From Eledone cirrhosa (lineage: Eukaryota), in NCBI GenBank assembly GCA_964016885.1, contig OZ024740.1:433938001-434002000 (forward strand): a stretch of 64,000 bases of DNA. Direction: 5' to 3'. Below are positions 11,510-25,858 of this stretch, piece after piece (positions within the stretch are counted from its first letter, which is position 1; every line of letters begins with the position of its first letter). The notes beneath the pieces were generated by a model that did no database searches, had not been told where the DNA came from, and was given only the letters and a program-made list of their open reading frames with translations. Made by a program: the position numbers and the translations under genes.

Positions 11510-11932
11510 ATAATCGAGTAACATTACTCCAAAGGGTCTTTAGATTAACGTTACTCGATAGAGTACGTAGCTCGGAGATCAGAGAGCAGGGCCTATAAGG
11601 AGGAGGGGGGTCCAGCCGGTACGTTGTCCCGGGGGCCCAAGAGCTATGAAAGCCTCACAGCAACCATACAACATCCATTTTGAGAAAAATCGTTGCCTGT
11701 TTCGGGCCCCAAATGGGTCTTGTACCACCTTGCAAAATTTCTCTTGGAGTCCCTGTCAAAGAGTCGCTCCAGGTACAGTTGCTACTTCTCCGAATTGAGA
11801 GATCACAGTTCCGATACTATAGATAAGTGGTTAGAATATCTCAGGAAAGAATCATTGGACAGATTTTACAGGCAAAACCAACCGGGAGGAAACCCAGGGG
11901 TAGACCCTGAACAAGATGGTTGGATAACATCC
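11510..11932 (+). mobile_element. RTE-clade LINE 3' fragment interrupted by a MITE
   Basis: Similar to 31745-32130 (TLLDRV...IRESLQV...GRP motifs). Confidence 0.75.
11587..11755. mobile_element. hAT-type MITE, 169 bp
   Basis: CAGGG...CCCTG termini; 8-bp TSD TCAGAGAG (11579-11586) vs TCAAAGAG (11756-11763); removing it restores the RTE sequence. Confidence 0.85.
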
Positions 11933-12553
11933 ATTAACCCTTTAATTACCAAATTTCTAATGAAAGACACTGTATATGTCATTAACCCTTTCATTACCAT
12001 ATTTCTAATAAAAGACACTGTCTATGTCATTAACCCTTTCATTTCCATATTTCTAATGAAAGACACTGTCTAAATCATTAACCTTTTCATTACCATATTT
12101 CTAATGAAAGACACTGTCTATGTCATTAACCCTTTCATTACCATATTTCTAATGAAAAACACTGTCTATGTCATTAACCCTTTCATTACTATATTTCTAG
12201 TAAAAGACACTGTCTATGTCATTAACCCTTTCATTACTATATTTCTAATGAAAGACACTGTCTAAGTCATTAACCCTTTTATCACCATATTTCTAGTGAA
12301 AGACACTGTCTATGTCATTAACCCTTTCATTACCATATTTCTAATGAAAAACACTGTCTATGTCATTAACCCTTTCATTACTATATTTCTAATGAAAGAC
12401 ACTGTCTAAGTCATTAACCCTTTTATCACCATATTTCTAGTGAAAGACACTGTCTATGTCATTAACCCTTTCATTACTATATTGCTAATGAAAGACACTA
12501 CCTATGTCATTAACCCTTTCATTACCATATTTCTAGTGAAGGACATTGTCTAT
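11932..12553 (+). repeat. 48-bp minisatellite, 13 units
   Basis: ATTAACC recurs at 11933, 11981, 12029 and onward to 12509. Confidence 0.95.
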
Positions 12554-12754
12554 GATGTTCAATATTTTTTTAAATAATCAAGTATTAGAGAGGTATAGTA
12601 AAATGACTCTCTCCTTATTTTGTTGGTGTTTAGAATATAATTTAAAAAAAGGTTCTTCCATAGAATTATGATGGAAGGTTCAACTTTAAAACTGTTTATT
12701 TTCTCTTTATAGAAGCAGGTGTGGTTCCAGACAGATTAGTATCAAAAGAGTTAA
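11934..12754. mobile_element. piggyBac-type MITE (TTAA-flanked) with tandemly amplified left end
   Basis: TTAA-CCCTTT at 11934 and AAAGAG-TTAA at 12745-12754. Confidence 0.6.
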
Positions 12755-13665
12755 TATTATAGCTAGGGACCACTGGTCCACCTGTGGTAACAGCATTGTA
12801 TAGTCTCGTGCCTCACAGAACTCTACACTAACTCTAAGGACCTAAGGGAAGTTGTCTCTACATGATTCCTGAATTCTTAGAATTGGTCGCCATATCTCCC
12901 TCAAATTACACCCTATTTATAGGATATTTCATTTTCACACATTAGTAATTTAGGTTTAAAACTCTGGCCTTAGATATCAAATGATTATCTGGAATTATAT
13001 ATATATACCATTCCAACACACCACAGCTTTCACTAGTAACTGTCTTTGTCTGTAACAAGTGGAGGGAGGCTACAGTAGAGGAAGGCCAAGGAATAGAGCT
13101 GATACCAAACTGTTGAAGCTCACACAAAAGATGAAGAACCGTAACAAGTGGAGGGATACTGTGCTAGAAAAGAGCCATCCATGGTGATACTTGTGACTCT
13201 TTGCAATATCATTGGGGAGGAAATTGTCTCTGTAGAAACTCTCTGAACTGTTTCAAGTTATTTAAACAGATTTTATAATAAAATAAACCACATTCCAAGA
13301 TGGTCCATCTTTTTATAACCTGAACTAAACAAACTAAATATTTAATTATCATATGAAAGGTTTGCAGAACTAGAGATCAACTTATATCAATTAACACAAA
13401 CCACCTTGAATCATCTAAAATATTTTAATGACCTCTGTAGATATCTAATTGAATCTTTACATAATATAATGGTTATACAAAATGAATCTAATTAGAATCT
13501 TAATTAATAATGTAGATTAAAAGTGAAACTAACTTATTACATTGTAATGTGTTCTAGTTACAAGACCAGTAATTTTGTTTAGAGAGGCGGGGGAGAAGGT
13601 GATTAACTTGACCCCAGTATTTGAATGCTACTTTATTAATCCTGGAAGGATGGCAATGATACAAT

Positions 13666-14148
13666 GAGAGGTGTAACTAGGGAAAATAGTTCCTATGGCA
13701 AACAGTGAAATTGTGACCCTACTCAAACATCTTTCAGATAACCATAAAATTAACTCAAAAATACCAATCACATTTGTTAATTTTTAAAATTGAAAACAAA
13801 ACATGAAAATAAATGACTCTTCCTTGCTTTTACTGATGTAAATCTGTGGTCAAATAATGGTTTCTTATATAGGCACAAGGCCAGCAATTTTGGGGGAGGG
13901 AAAAGTCGATTAAATCAACGCCAGTCCGTGACTGGTACTTTATTTTATTGACCCCGTAAGGATGAAAAGCAAAGTTAACCTCGGCGGGATTTGAACTCAG
14001 ACCATAAAGGGCCGTAACTCTTTGCTGCAAAGCATGGCGTCCGACCCTCTACCGACACTGCCATAATAGAAAGTGTTCCAAGTGGTACCCCATTTCATGT
14101 GGGACCCATGGCACATGCCATACTTGCTATATCTTAGTTACACCTCTA
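13666..14148. mobile_element. hAT-type MITE containing a SINE
   Basis: TIRs GAGAGGTGTAACTA / TAGTTACACCTCTA; perfect 8-bp TSD GATACAAT (13658-13665 and 14149-14156). Confidence 0.9.
13853..14064 (-). mobile_element. Meta-type SINE (long 3' variant)
   Basis: A-box TGGCAGTGTCGG, B-box GTTCAAATCC and conserved core on the reverse strand. Confidence 0.9.
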
Positions 14149-14404
14149 GATACAATATAACATGTTTACATAGGGAGGCACTTCAGAAAAAAGCAATGAT
14201 TGTTTTACCCAGCATCAATGAATGTTGTATAATTAATAATTAAAATAGAATAAACAACTACCACCCAAATCAACTTAATCAATAAATATATTTAGAAACA
14301 TTATTTAATGTATCAACTGTTTACTTCTGAAATTAAATAAATTACAAATAGTTCTTTCATGTCTTTAGGTGCTACTTCTCCTAGTGGTAGTTAAACTGGT
14401 GTAT

Positions 14405-14950
14405 ATGATGTGATATGGTTTGATGCATTCATAATCACATCCTTTTCTCCAAGCTTGGGTTAGACAAGTGTTTTCCAGTATAACCCCCTCCATTTGTTGT
14501 GTCTCTTTGTCATTTCCTCTGTAAGGGTCAGTGTTTTGAGATCCACTCTCATCACCTCTGCCCTAGTCTTATACTATCGTAGCTTTCTTCCACTGGGAAC
14601 TCCTGGGAGACTTCTTCACCCAACGATCATTATCTAGATGCTTTGCAGAAAAAAGTTACGGCCCTTTATGGTCTGAGTTCAAATCCCGCCGAGGTTAACT
14701 TTGCCTTTCATCCTTACGGGGTCGATAAAATAAAGTACCAGTAATACACTGGGTTAATTGCTGGCCTTGTGCCAAAAGTAGAAACAATTATCTATATGCA
14801 TCACATGTCCATATCAGCACAGTCTTCTCCCTTGTACACTACATTTGATACCCCTTATACTCAGTTCTCTGTCAAATCAACCATGTTTCACCCTTGTTAA
14901 CATTACACGTCCATCGAAGCATGCTCACTTCAATGTAGATATACACCTAT
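14405..14950 (-). mobile_element. Old RTE 3' fragment split by a SINE
   Basis: CATCACATGTCCATATCAGCACAGTCTTCTC is the reverse of the RRL.WYGHVM motif seen in other RTE copies. Confidence 0.6.
14638..14791 (+). mobile_element. Meta-type SINE
   Basis: B-box, conserved core and 3' end GTAGAAACAATTAT. Confidence 0.9.
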
Positions 14951-15153
14951 CTATGCCAGCTTCACTAAAACACTATAAAATAGACATTCAGAAAAGCGCG
15001 TATATACCATCTGCTGTTCCATGCTAGAAGTCACTGACAGTGACAACATAACCAGACACTCCACCTCTTCACATATAACTTCCTCAAATTCCCCTGCTTC
15101 TTCTATTTCACACAATTTTGCCACTTGCTGAGCAGTGACACATTTATAGGTGC

Positions 15154-15243
15154 CTATATATATACATGCATTGTATATATACATGCATTGTATATATACA
15201 TGCATGTATCTCTTTACACATGCATGTGTATATGTACACATGC

Positions 15244-15308
<65 letters not shown>

Positions 15309-15355
15309 TATACATGCATGTATATATATACGCATGTGTATATATATATATATAC
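15154..15355. repeat. (TA)n / TGCATG microsatellite
   Basis: Direct inspection. Confidence 0.9.
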
Positions 15356-15521
15356 AGCCAGACAGTCCTATACGAGCAAGACAACCAATCATGCCTCAAG
15401 TGGGAAAAATCTCGTCCAGACCCATGCAACCATGGAAGATGGACGTTAAATGATGATGATGATGATACATATCCATGTATATATATACACATACATGTGT
15501 TGCAATTAAGACCTGATAAGC

Positions 15522-18311
15522 ATCACTGTACTATGTCACACACACCACTGTACTATGTCTCAAACACACACCACTGTACTATGTCACACACACCACTGTA
15601 CTATGTCTCACACACCACTGTACTATGTCACACACACCACTGTACTATGTCTCACACACCACTGTACTATGTCTCACACACCACTGTACTATGTCTCACA
15701 CACACCACTGTACTATGTCTCACACACACCACTGTACTATGTCTCACACACCACTGTACTATGTCTCACACACCACTGTACTATGTCTCACACACCACTG
15801 TACAATGTCTCACACACCACTGTACTATGTCTCACACACCACTGTACTATGTCTCACACACCACTGTACTATGTCTCACACACCACTGTACTATGTCTCA
15901 CACACACCACTGTACTATGTCTCACACACCACTATACTATGTCTCACACACCACTGTACTATGTCTCACACACCACTGTACTATGTCTCACACAGCACTG
16001 TACTATGTCTCACATACCACTGTACTATGTCTCACACACCACTGTACAATGTCTCACACACCACTGTACTATGTCTCACACACCACTGTACTATGTCTCA
16101 CACACCACTGTACAATGTCTCACACACCACTGTACTATGTCTTACACACCACTGTACAATGTCTCACACACCACTGTACTATGTCTCACACACCACTGTA
16201 CTATGTCTCACATACCACTGTACTATGTCTCACACAGCACTGTACTATGTCTCACACACCACTGTACTATGTTTCACACACCACTGTACTATGTCTCACA
16301 CACCACTGTACTATGTCTCACACACCACTGTACTATGTCTCACACACACACCACTGTACTATGTCTCAGACACCACTGTACTATGTCACACACACCACTG
16401 TACTATGTCTCACACACCACTATACTATGTCTCACACACACACCACTGTACTATGTCACACACACCACTGTACTATGTCTCACACACCACTGTACTGTCT
16501 CACACACCACTGTACTATGTCTAACTCACCACTGTACTATGTCTAACTCACCACTGTACTATGTCTCACACCACTGTAATATGTCTCACACACCAAATAA
16601 CTGTCTCACACACCACTGTACTATGTCTCACATACCACTGTACTATGTCTCACATACCACTGTACTATGTCTCACATACCACTGTACTGTGTCTCACATA
16701 CCACTGTACTATGTCTCACATACCACTGTACTATGTCTCACATACCACTGTACTATGTCTCACACACCAAATAACTGTCTCACACACCACTGTACTATGT
16801 CTCACATACCACTGTACTATGTCTCACACACCACTGTACTATGTCTCACACACCACTGTACTATGTCTCACACACCACTGTACTATGTCTCACACACCAC
16901 TGTACTATGTCTCACATACCACTGTACTATGTCTCACACACCACTGTACTATGTCTCACACACCACTGTACTATGTCTCACATACCACTGTACTATGTCT
17001 CACACACCACTGTACTATGTCTCACATACCACTGTATTATGTCTCACACACCACTGTACTATGTCTCACACACCACTGTACTATGTCTCACACACCACTG
17101 TACTATGTCTCACACACCACTGTACTATGTCACACACACCACTGTACTATGTGTCACACACACCACTGTACTATGTCTCACACACCACTGTACTATGTCC
17201 CACATACCACTGTACTATGTCTCACACACCACTGTACTATGTCTCACACACCACTGTACTATGTCACACACACCACTGTACTATGTCTCACACACCACTG
17301 TACTATGTCTCACACACACCACTGTACTATGTCTCACACACAACTGTACTATGTCTCACACATCACTGTACTATGTCTCACACACCACTGTACTATGTAT
17401 CACACACCACTGTACTATGTCACACACACCACAGTACTATGTCTCACACACCACTGTACTATGCCTCACACACCACTGTACTATGTCACACACACCAGTG
17501 TACTAAGTCTCACACACCACTGTACTATGTCTCACACACCAGTGTACTATGTCACACACACCACTGTACTATGTCACACACACCACTGTACTATGTCTCA
17601 CACACCACTGTACTATGTCTCACACACACACCACTGTACTATGTCACACACACCACTGTACTATGTCACACACACCACTGTATTATGTCTCACACACCAC
17701 TGTACTATGTCTCACACACCACTGTACTATGTCACACACACCACTGTATTATGTCTCACACACCACTGTACTATGTCACACACACCACTGTACTATGTCT
17801 CACACACCACTGTACTATGTCTCACACACCACTGTACTATGTCTCACACACACACCACTGTACTATGTCACACACACCACTGTACTATGTCTCACACACT
17901 CACCACTGTACTATATCACACACACCACTGTACTATGTCACACACACCACTGTACTATGTCTCACACACCACTGTACTATGTCTCACACACCACTGTACT
18001 ATGTCTCACACACCACTGTACTATGTCACACACACCACTGTACTATGTCACACACACCACTGTACTATGTCACACACACCACTGTACTATGTCTCACATA
18101 CCACTGTACTATGTCTCACATACCACTGTACTATGTCTCACACACCACTGTAATATGTCTCACACACCACTGTACTATGTCTCACACACACACTACTGTA
18201 CTATGTCTCACACTACTGTACTATGTTACACACACATCACTGTACTATGTCTCACACACACACCACTGTACTATGTCACACACACCACTGTACTATGTTC
18301 CACTGTACTAT
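15522..18311 (+). repeat. 22-bp minisatellite with variable CA tract
   Basis: Unit ACTGTACTATGTCTCACACACC. Confidence 0.97.
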
Positions 18312-18426
18312 CTCTCCTTCCCCCAACCCCACACTCACCTGCTAGACTTAATCTGTTGCAGGTATTCAGGTGAGATGTTCAATCTGAGGTGAACTTCCTC
18401 CAGGTATTACTCCATTAGCTGTGAGA

Positions 18427-20747
18427 CTGTGGTCATACTGGGGCACTGCCATTGTTACTGTATTACATGTTACAGCTGTGGTCATGCTGGGGCACTGCCA
18501 TTGTTACTGTATTACATGTTACAGCTGTGGTCATGCTGGGGCACTGCCATTGTTACTGTATTACATGTTACAGCTGTGGTCATGCTGGGGCACTGCCATT
18601 GTTACTGTATTACATGTTACAGCTGTGGTCATGCTGGGGCACTGCCATTGTTACTGTATTACATGCTACAGCTGTGGCCATGCTGGGGCACTGCCATTGT
18701 TACTGTATTACATGTTACAGCTGTGGCCATGCTGGGGCACTGCCATTGTTACTGTATTACATGCTACAGCTGTGGTCATGCTGGGGCACTGCCATTGTTA
18801 CTGTATTACATGTTACAGCTGTGGTCATACTGGGGCACTGCCATTGTTACTGTATTACATGTTACAACTGTGGTCATACTGGGGCACTGCCATTGTTACT
18901 GTATTACATGTTACAGCTGCAGTCATGCTGGGGCACTGCCATTGTTACTGTATTACATGTTACAGCTGTGGTCATGCTGGGGCACTGCCATTGTTACTGT
19001 ATTACATGTTACAGCTGCAGTCATGCTGGGGCACTGCCATTGTTACTGTATTACATGTTACAGCTGCGGTCATGCTGGGGCACTGCCATTGTTACTGTAT
19101 TACATGTTACAACTGTGGTCATACTGGGACACTGCCATTGTTACTGTATTACATGTTACAGCTGCGGTCATGCTGGGGCACTGCCATTGTTACTGTATTA
19201 CATGTTACAGCTGCAGTCATGCTGGGGCACTGCCATTGTTACTGTATTACATGTTACAGCTGCGGTCATGCTGGGGCACTGCCATTGTTACTGTATTACA
19301 TGTTACAACTGTGGTCATACTGGGGCACTGCCATTGTTACTGTATTACATGTTACAGCTGCGGTCATGCTGGGGCACTGCCATTGTTACTGTATTACATG
19401 TTACAGCTGTGGTCATGCTGGGGCACTGCCATTGTTACTGTATTACATGTTACAGCTGTGGTCATGCTGGGGCACTGCCATTGTTACTGTATTACATGTT
19501 ACAACTGTGGTCATACTGGGGCACTGCCATTGTTACTGTATTACATGTTACAGCTGTGGTCATGCTGGGGCACTGCCATTGTTACTGTATTACATGTTAC
19601 AGCTGTGGTCATGCTGGGGCACTGCCATTGTTACTGTATTACATGTTACAGCTGCGGTCATACTGGGGCACTGCCATTGTTACTGTATTACATGTTACAA
19701 CTGTGGTCATACTGGGGCACTGCCATTGTTACTGTATTACATGTTACAGCTGCGGTCATGCTGGGGCACTGCCATTGTTACTGTATTACATGTTACAGCT
19801 GCGGTCATGCTGGGGCACTGCCATTGTTACTGTATTACATGTTACAGCTGCGGTCATGCTGGGGCACTGCCATTGTTACTGTATTACATGTTACAGCTGT
19901 GGCCATGCTGGGGCACTGCCATTGTTACTGTATTACATGTTACAGCTGTGGTCATGCTGGGGCACTGCCATTGTTACTGTATTACATGTTACAGCTGTGG
20001 CCATGCTGGGGCACTGCCATTGTTACTGTATTACATGTTACAGCTGTGGTCATGCTGGGGCACTGCCATTGTTACTGTATTACATGTTACAGCTGTGGTC
20101 ATGCTGGGGCACTGCCATTGTTACTGTATTACATGTTACAGCTGTGGCCATGCTGGGGCACTGCCATTGTTACTGTATTACATGTTACAGCTGCAGTCAT
20201 GCTGGGGCACTGCCATTGTTACTGTATTACATGTTACAGCTGTGGTCATGCTGGGGCACTGCCATTGTTACTGTATTACATGCTACAGCTGTGGCCATGC
20301 TGGGGCACTGCCATTGTTACTGTATTACATGTTACAGCTGTGGCCATGCTGGGGCACTGCCATTGTTACTGTATTACATGCTACAGCTGTGGCCATGCTG
20401 GGGCACTGCCATTGTTACTGTATTACATGTTACAGCTGTGGCCATGCTGGGGCACTGCCATTGTTACTGTATTACATGTTACAGCTGTGGTCATGCTGGG
20501 GCACTGCCATTGTTACTGTATTACATGTTACAGCTGTGGTCATGCTGGGGCACTGCCATTGTTACTGTATTACATGCTACAGCTGTGGCCATGCTGGGGC
20601 ACTGCCATTGTTACTGTATTACATGTTACAGCTGTGGCCATGCTGGGGCACTGCCATTGTTACTGTATTACATGCTACAGCTGTGGCCATGCTGGGGCAC
20701 TGCCATTGTTACTCTATTACATGTTACAGCTGTGGCCATGCTGGGGC
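18427..20747 (+). repeat. 49-bp minisatellite, ~47 units
   Basis: Unit CTGTGGTCATGCTGGGGCACTGCCATTGTTACTGTATTACATGTTACAG (18427, 18476, ...). Confidence 0.97.
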
Positions 20748-20764
20748 CATATTACCAGAGAGAA

Positions 20765-21225
20765 TGGTGAGGTGGTGTGAGGGAGGTGGTGTGAGGGTGT
20801 TGGTGTGAGGGGAGTAGTGGTATGAGGATGGTGTGAAGGTGGTGTTGATGTGAGGGTGGTGGTGGCATGAGGGTAGTGGTGGTGTGAGGGTGGTGGTGTG
20901 AGGGCAGTCGTGGTGTGAGGGTGGTGGTGATGTGAGGGTGGTGGTGGTCTGAGAGTGGTGGTGTGAGGATGGTGGTGTGATGGCGGTGATGTGAGGGTAG
21001 TGGTGGTGTGAGGGTGGTGGTGTGATGGCGGTGATGTGAGGGTAGTGGTGGTGTGAGGGTGGTGGTGTTGTGAGGGTGATTTTAGTGTGGTGGTGTGAGG
21101 GTAGTGGTGGTGTGATGGTGGTGATATGTGGGTGGTGGTGTTGTGAGGGTGGTGGTGTGAGTGTAGTGGTGGTGTGAGGGTCGTGGAGTGAGGGTAGTGG
21201 TGGTGTGATGGTGGTGGTGTGGTGG
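20765..21225 (+). repeat. Degenerate GTGAGGGTGGTGGT low-complexity repeat
   Basis: Direct inspection. Confidence 0.85.
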
Positions 21226-21374
21226 CAGCAATGTCAACCTATTTCTAGTAAATGTGATAATGTCAACTAGATTATATTTAAAATGGTGTCAGTATAAACA
21301 AGAAACAACTCTCTGGTTCTACCCCCAACCTGTTTATTTTAATATATGGAAATTACTTGGTATGACTGATATTT

Positions 21375-21911
21375 TACCTACCCCACCAAATACCTACCCC
21401 ACCAAATACCTACCCCACCAAATACCTTCCCCACCAAATATCTACCCCACCAAATACCTTCCCCACCAAATACCTACCCCACCAAATACCTTCCCTACCA
21501 AATATCTACCCCACCAAATACCTTCCCCACCAAATACCTTCCCCACCAAATACCTACCCCACCAAATACCTTCCCTACCAAATATCTACCCCACCAAATA
21601 CCTTCCCCACCAAATACCTACCCCACCAAATACCTTCCCTACCAAATATCTACCCCACCAAATACCTACCCCACCAAATACCTACCCCACCAAATACCTT
21701 CCCTACCAAATATCTACCCCACCAAATACCTTCCCCACCAAATACCTACCCCACCAAATACCTTCCCTACCAAATACCTACCCCACCAAATACCTACCCC
21801 ACCAAATACCTTCCCTACCAAATATCTACCCCACCAAATACCTTCCCCACCAAATACCTACCCCACCAAATACCTTCCCCACCAAATACCTTCCCTACCA
21901 AATACCTACCC
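21375..21911 (+). repeat. 16-bp C-rich minisatellite
   Basis: Unit TACCT(A/T)CCCCACCAAA. Confidence 0.95.
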
Positions 21912-21992
21912 TGTATAGTTGAGAGTCCATGTTATCTAGGAAGCCATTATATAGTGAGGTGATGTCAGTTAAATGTCCAAGCCTGTTATTTG

Positions 21993-24301
21993 GTCCCATA
22001 CCACTCTGTAGTAGGTGCTATTGTTCCATACCACTCTATAGTAGGTTCTATTGTCCCATACCACTCTATAGTAGGTTCTATTGTCCCATACCACTCTATA
22101 GTAGGTTCTATTGTCCCATACCACTCTATAGTAGGTTTTATTGTCCCATACCACTCTGTAGCAGGTAATATTGTCCCATACCACTCTATAGTAGGTTCTA
22201 TTGTCCCATACCACTCTATAGTAGGTTCTATTGTCTCATACCACTCTATAGTAGGTTCTATTGTCCCATACCACTCTGTAGTAGGTGCTATTGTTCCATA
22301 CCACTCTATAGTAGGTTCTATTGTCCCATACCACTCTATAGTAGGTTCTATTGTCCCATACCACTCTATAGTAGGTTCTATTGTCCCATACCACTCTATA
22401 GTAGGTTTTATTGTCCCATACCACTCTGTAGCAGGTAATATTGTCCCATACCACTCTATAGTAGGTTCTATTGTCCCATACCACTCTATAGTAGGTTCTA
22501 TTGTCTCATACCACTCTATAGTAGGTTCTATTGTCCCATACCACGCTATAGTAGGTTCTATTGTCCCATACCACTCTATAGTAGGTTCTATTGTCTCATA
22601 CCACTCTATAGTAGGTTCTATTGTCCCATACCACTCTATAGTAGGTTCTATTGTCCCATACCACTCTATAGTAGGTTCTATTGTCTCATACCACTCTATA
22701 GTAGGTTCTATTGTCCCATACCACTCTATAGTAGGTTCTATTGTCCCATACCACTCTGTAGCAGGTTCTATTGACTCATACCACTCTATAGTAGGTTCTA
22801 TTGTCCCATACCATTCTATAGTATGTTCTATTGTCCCATACTATTCTATAGTATGTTCTATTGTCCCATACCACTCTATAGTAGGTTCTATTGTCCCATA
22901 CCACTCTATAGTAGGTTCTATTGTCCCATACCACTCTATAGTAGGTTCTATTGTCCCATACCACTCTATAGTAGGTTCTATTGTCCCATACCACTCTATA
23001 GTAGGTTCTATTGTCCCATACCACTCTATAGTAGGTTCTATTGTCCCATACCACTCTATAGTAGGTTCTATTGTCTCATACCACTCTATAGTAGGTTCTA
23101 TTGTCCCATACCACTCTATAGTAGGTTCTATTGTCCCATACCACTCTATAGTAGGTTCTATTGTCTCATACCACTCTATAGTAGGTTCTATTGTCCCATA
23201 CCACTCTATAGTAGGTTCTATTGTCCCATACCACTCTATAGTAGGTTCTATTGTCCCATACCACTCTATAGTAGGTTCTATTGTCCCATACCACTCTATA
23301 GTAGGTTCTATTGTCTCATACCACTCTATAGTAGGTTCTATTGTCCCATACCACTATGTAGTAGGTTCTATTGTCCCATACCACTCTGTAGCAGGTTCTA
23401 TTGTCCCATACCACTCTGTAGCAGGTTCTATTGTCTCATACCACTCTATAGTAGGTTCTATTGTCCCATACCATTCTATAGTATGTTCTATTGTCCCATA
23501 CCATTCTATAGTATGTTCTATTGTCCCATACCACTCTATAGTAGGTTCTATTGTCCCATACCACTCTATAGTAGGTTCTATTGTCTATACCACCCTATAG
23601 TAGGTTCTATTGTCCCATACCACTCTATAGTAGGTTCTATTGTCTCATACCACTCTATAGTAGGTTCTATTGTCCCATACCACTCTATAGTAGGTTCTAT
23701 TGTCCCATACCACTCTATAGTAGGTTCTATTGTCCCATACCACTCTATAGTAGGTTCTATTGTCCCATACCACTCTATAGTAGGTTCTATTGTCTCATAC
23801 CACTCTATAGTAGGTTCTATTGTCTCATACCACTCTATAGTAGGTTCTATTGTCTCATACCATTCTATAGTAGGTTCTATTGTCCCATACCACTCTATAG
23901 TATGTTCTATTGTCCCATACCACTCTATAGTATGTTCTATTGTCCCATACCATTCTATAGTAGGTTCTATTGTCCCATACCACTCTATAGTATGTTCTAT
24001 TGTCCTATACCACTCTATAGTATGTTCTATTGTCCCATACCATTCTATAGTATGTTCTATTGTCCCATACCATTCTATAGTAGGTTCTATTGTCTCATAC
24101 CACTCTATAGTAGGTTCTATTGTCTCATACCACTCTATAGTAGGTTCTATTGTCTATACCACCCTATAGTAGGTTCTATTGTCTCATACCACTCTATAGT
24201 ATGGTCTATTGTCCCATACCACTCTATAGTAGGTTCTATTGTCTCATACCACTCTATAGTATGGTCTATTGTCCCATACCACTCTATAGTAGGTTCTATT
24301 T
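21993..24301 (+). repeat. 30-bp minisatellite, ~77 units
   Basis: Unit TTGTCCCATACCACTCTATAGTAGGTTCTA; two 29-bp variant units near 23585 and 24155. Confidence 0.97.
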
Positions 24302-24817
24302 GGGGTTTGTTATTCTTCCAATAACAGCTCTTGTTAGTCACACTATTGTAATATTTTTGCTTGTTTCTTTGGTTCAGTAGCTCCATAGTCAACAAGTGCC
24401 GTTGATGAGAAATCTGTGAAATGGTCACAGTAGTGTAACAAAAGACTTTGACAAACTAATTAATTGATTAACTAATCAATTTATAACAAAACAGACGCAG
24501 ACTAAAACTAATGCCTGTGTTTTTATCGACATTATGACTCTTTCAAAGTACAATCTGCTTCAGAACCTGATTTCATTTTGAGAATCTTGCAAAAAAAATA
24601 TAAATTTGTTCTACATTGCGTCAAGTGTTAGGAAAAGATGCTAGATTATCTGGGAACCTTATCGGTATTAGATAGATGATCCATTCACAAGGAAGTTTAT
24701 CATCATCATGATTGGATTTAGACCTTTGGGGATGATGAGGGGGGGGGGGGGGGGCACACACAAAAATAATAAAATAATTAGAATAAACATCAGACTCCCC
24801 AATCAAAGTTATCTTTT

Positions 24818-24994
24818 AATTGGAATTGAAAAGTTATACATACAGGTATTAAATTAAAAAATCTAACCATCCTAAAACTAAAAAGCCCAGCTGAGAGTAC
24901 AAATATATTGCCATCGCCGTTGCTGGTGGGACCCCCAACTGCAGGCGGCCCAGGGTAATTTCCCCCTTTGCTCACCCCCATTAATTCCAGCCCT
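24818..24994 (-). mobile_element. Partial copy of the 2802-3089 MITE family
   Basis: AATTGGAATTGAAAAGTTATACATACAGGTATTAAATT...ATTAATTCCAGCCCTG. Confidence 0.8.
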
Positions 24995-25384
24995 GATCAT
25001 CATCATTTTATACCTACTTTTCCATGCAGGGGTTGAAGAACAAGTCTTTTCCTGCACATCATCTCTAACTCCACTCATTACAGCTCATCGACAACTCCTC
25101 TGTGAGTTTCAGCAATTTAAGATCAGCTCCCCCAACCTCAGTGCAGGTCTTCCTTGGTCTCACTTTACTGCAGCTTCCTTATACTGGGATTTCATGGTAC
25201 CTCTTCAACCAATATCTATATAATGTTAAGATTGTATAGTACGGTATGGTCCTGTAACTCTTGAGGGAGTTGTAGCTGCATTGTAGTGACATACAGCGTT
25301 TCTTGGGCATTTTAAACGTGGCAGAGCCCAACTCTCTCCAGGCTTGAGTATAACAGATTTCTTCCAGAGAAGGAGAGAAAGGAA

Positions 25385-25540
25385 GAATTGACCCCAGTAG
25401 TAGACTGGTACTTTTTTTATCGACCTTGAAAGTATGAAGGTAAAGTTGACTTCGGCAGGATTTGAACGCAGAGAGCTGGAACAAATACCACAAAGCATTC
25501 TATCCGACATTCTAACGACTCTGATAATTTGCCGCCTTAA
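25385..25540 (-). mobile_element. Diverged Meta-type SINE
   Basis: CTGGTACTTTTTTTATCGACC...GATTTGAAC. Confidence 0.75.
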
Positions 25541-25858
25541 ATGCTAAGAAACTAGAAGTAAAATAACCAAAGCAATTATAAGACTTTTACATAATGTAAT
25601 ATTTGTTTTTCTTAGTAATTTCGATCAACAAACATCTAAATTATTTGGCTAGAGGATAACAATAATCTGCTGAACAGTGTCACAGAAAAAACATACCATA
25701 TACATGGAATATATGCCGATCCCTATTTTATGTCTGAGAAATGGGGACAGATCCAAACCTCATTTATAAGCTGAGGCAATCAGCACATTATGGATCCAAA
25801 ATATAAGCCCCCACTCCCCTCTATTTTACCATCAATTATGGCAAGAGATAGAAAACAG

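Noticed and set aside
13030-13260. Possible exon on the minus strand
   Set aside because: Plus strand matches an RTE C-terminus (RGRPR...LKLT...KWRDTVL), and all minus frames are interrupted
18361-18368. 8-nt plus-strand microexon (TTGCAG|GTATTCAG|GTGAGA)
   Set aside because: Frame-shifting length and no other plus-strand exons to connect it to
15314-24428. Very long ORFs (up to 945 aa) rich in H/T/C/Y
   Set aside because: They are translations of the 22-, 49-, 16- and 30-bp arrays, often open in several frames because the units lack stops; no domain structure
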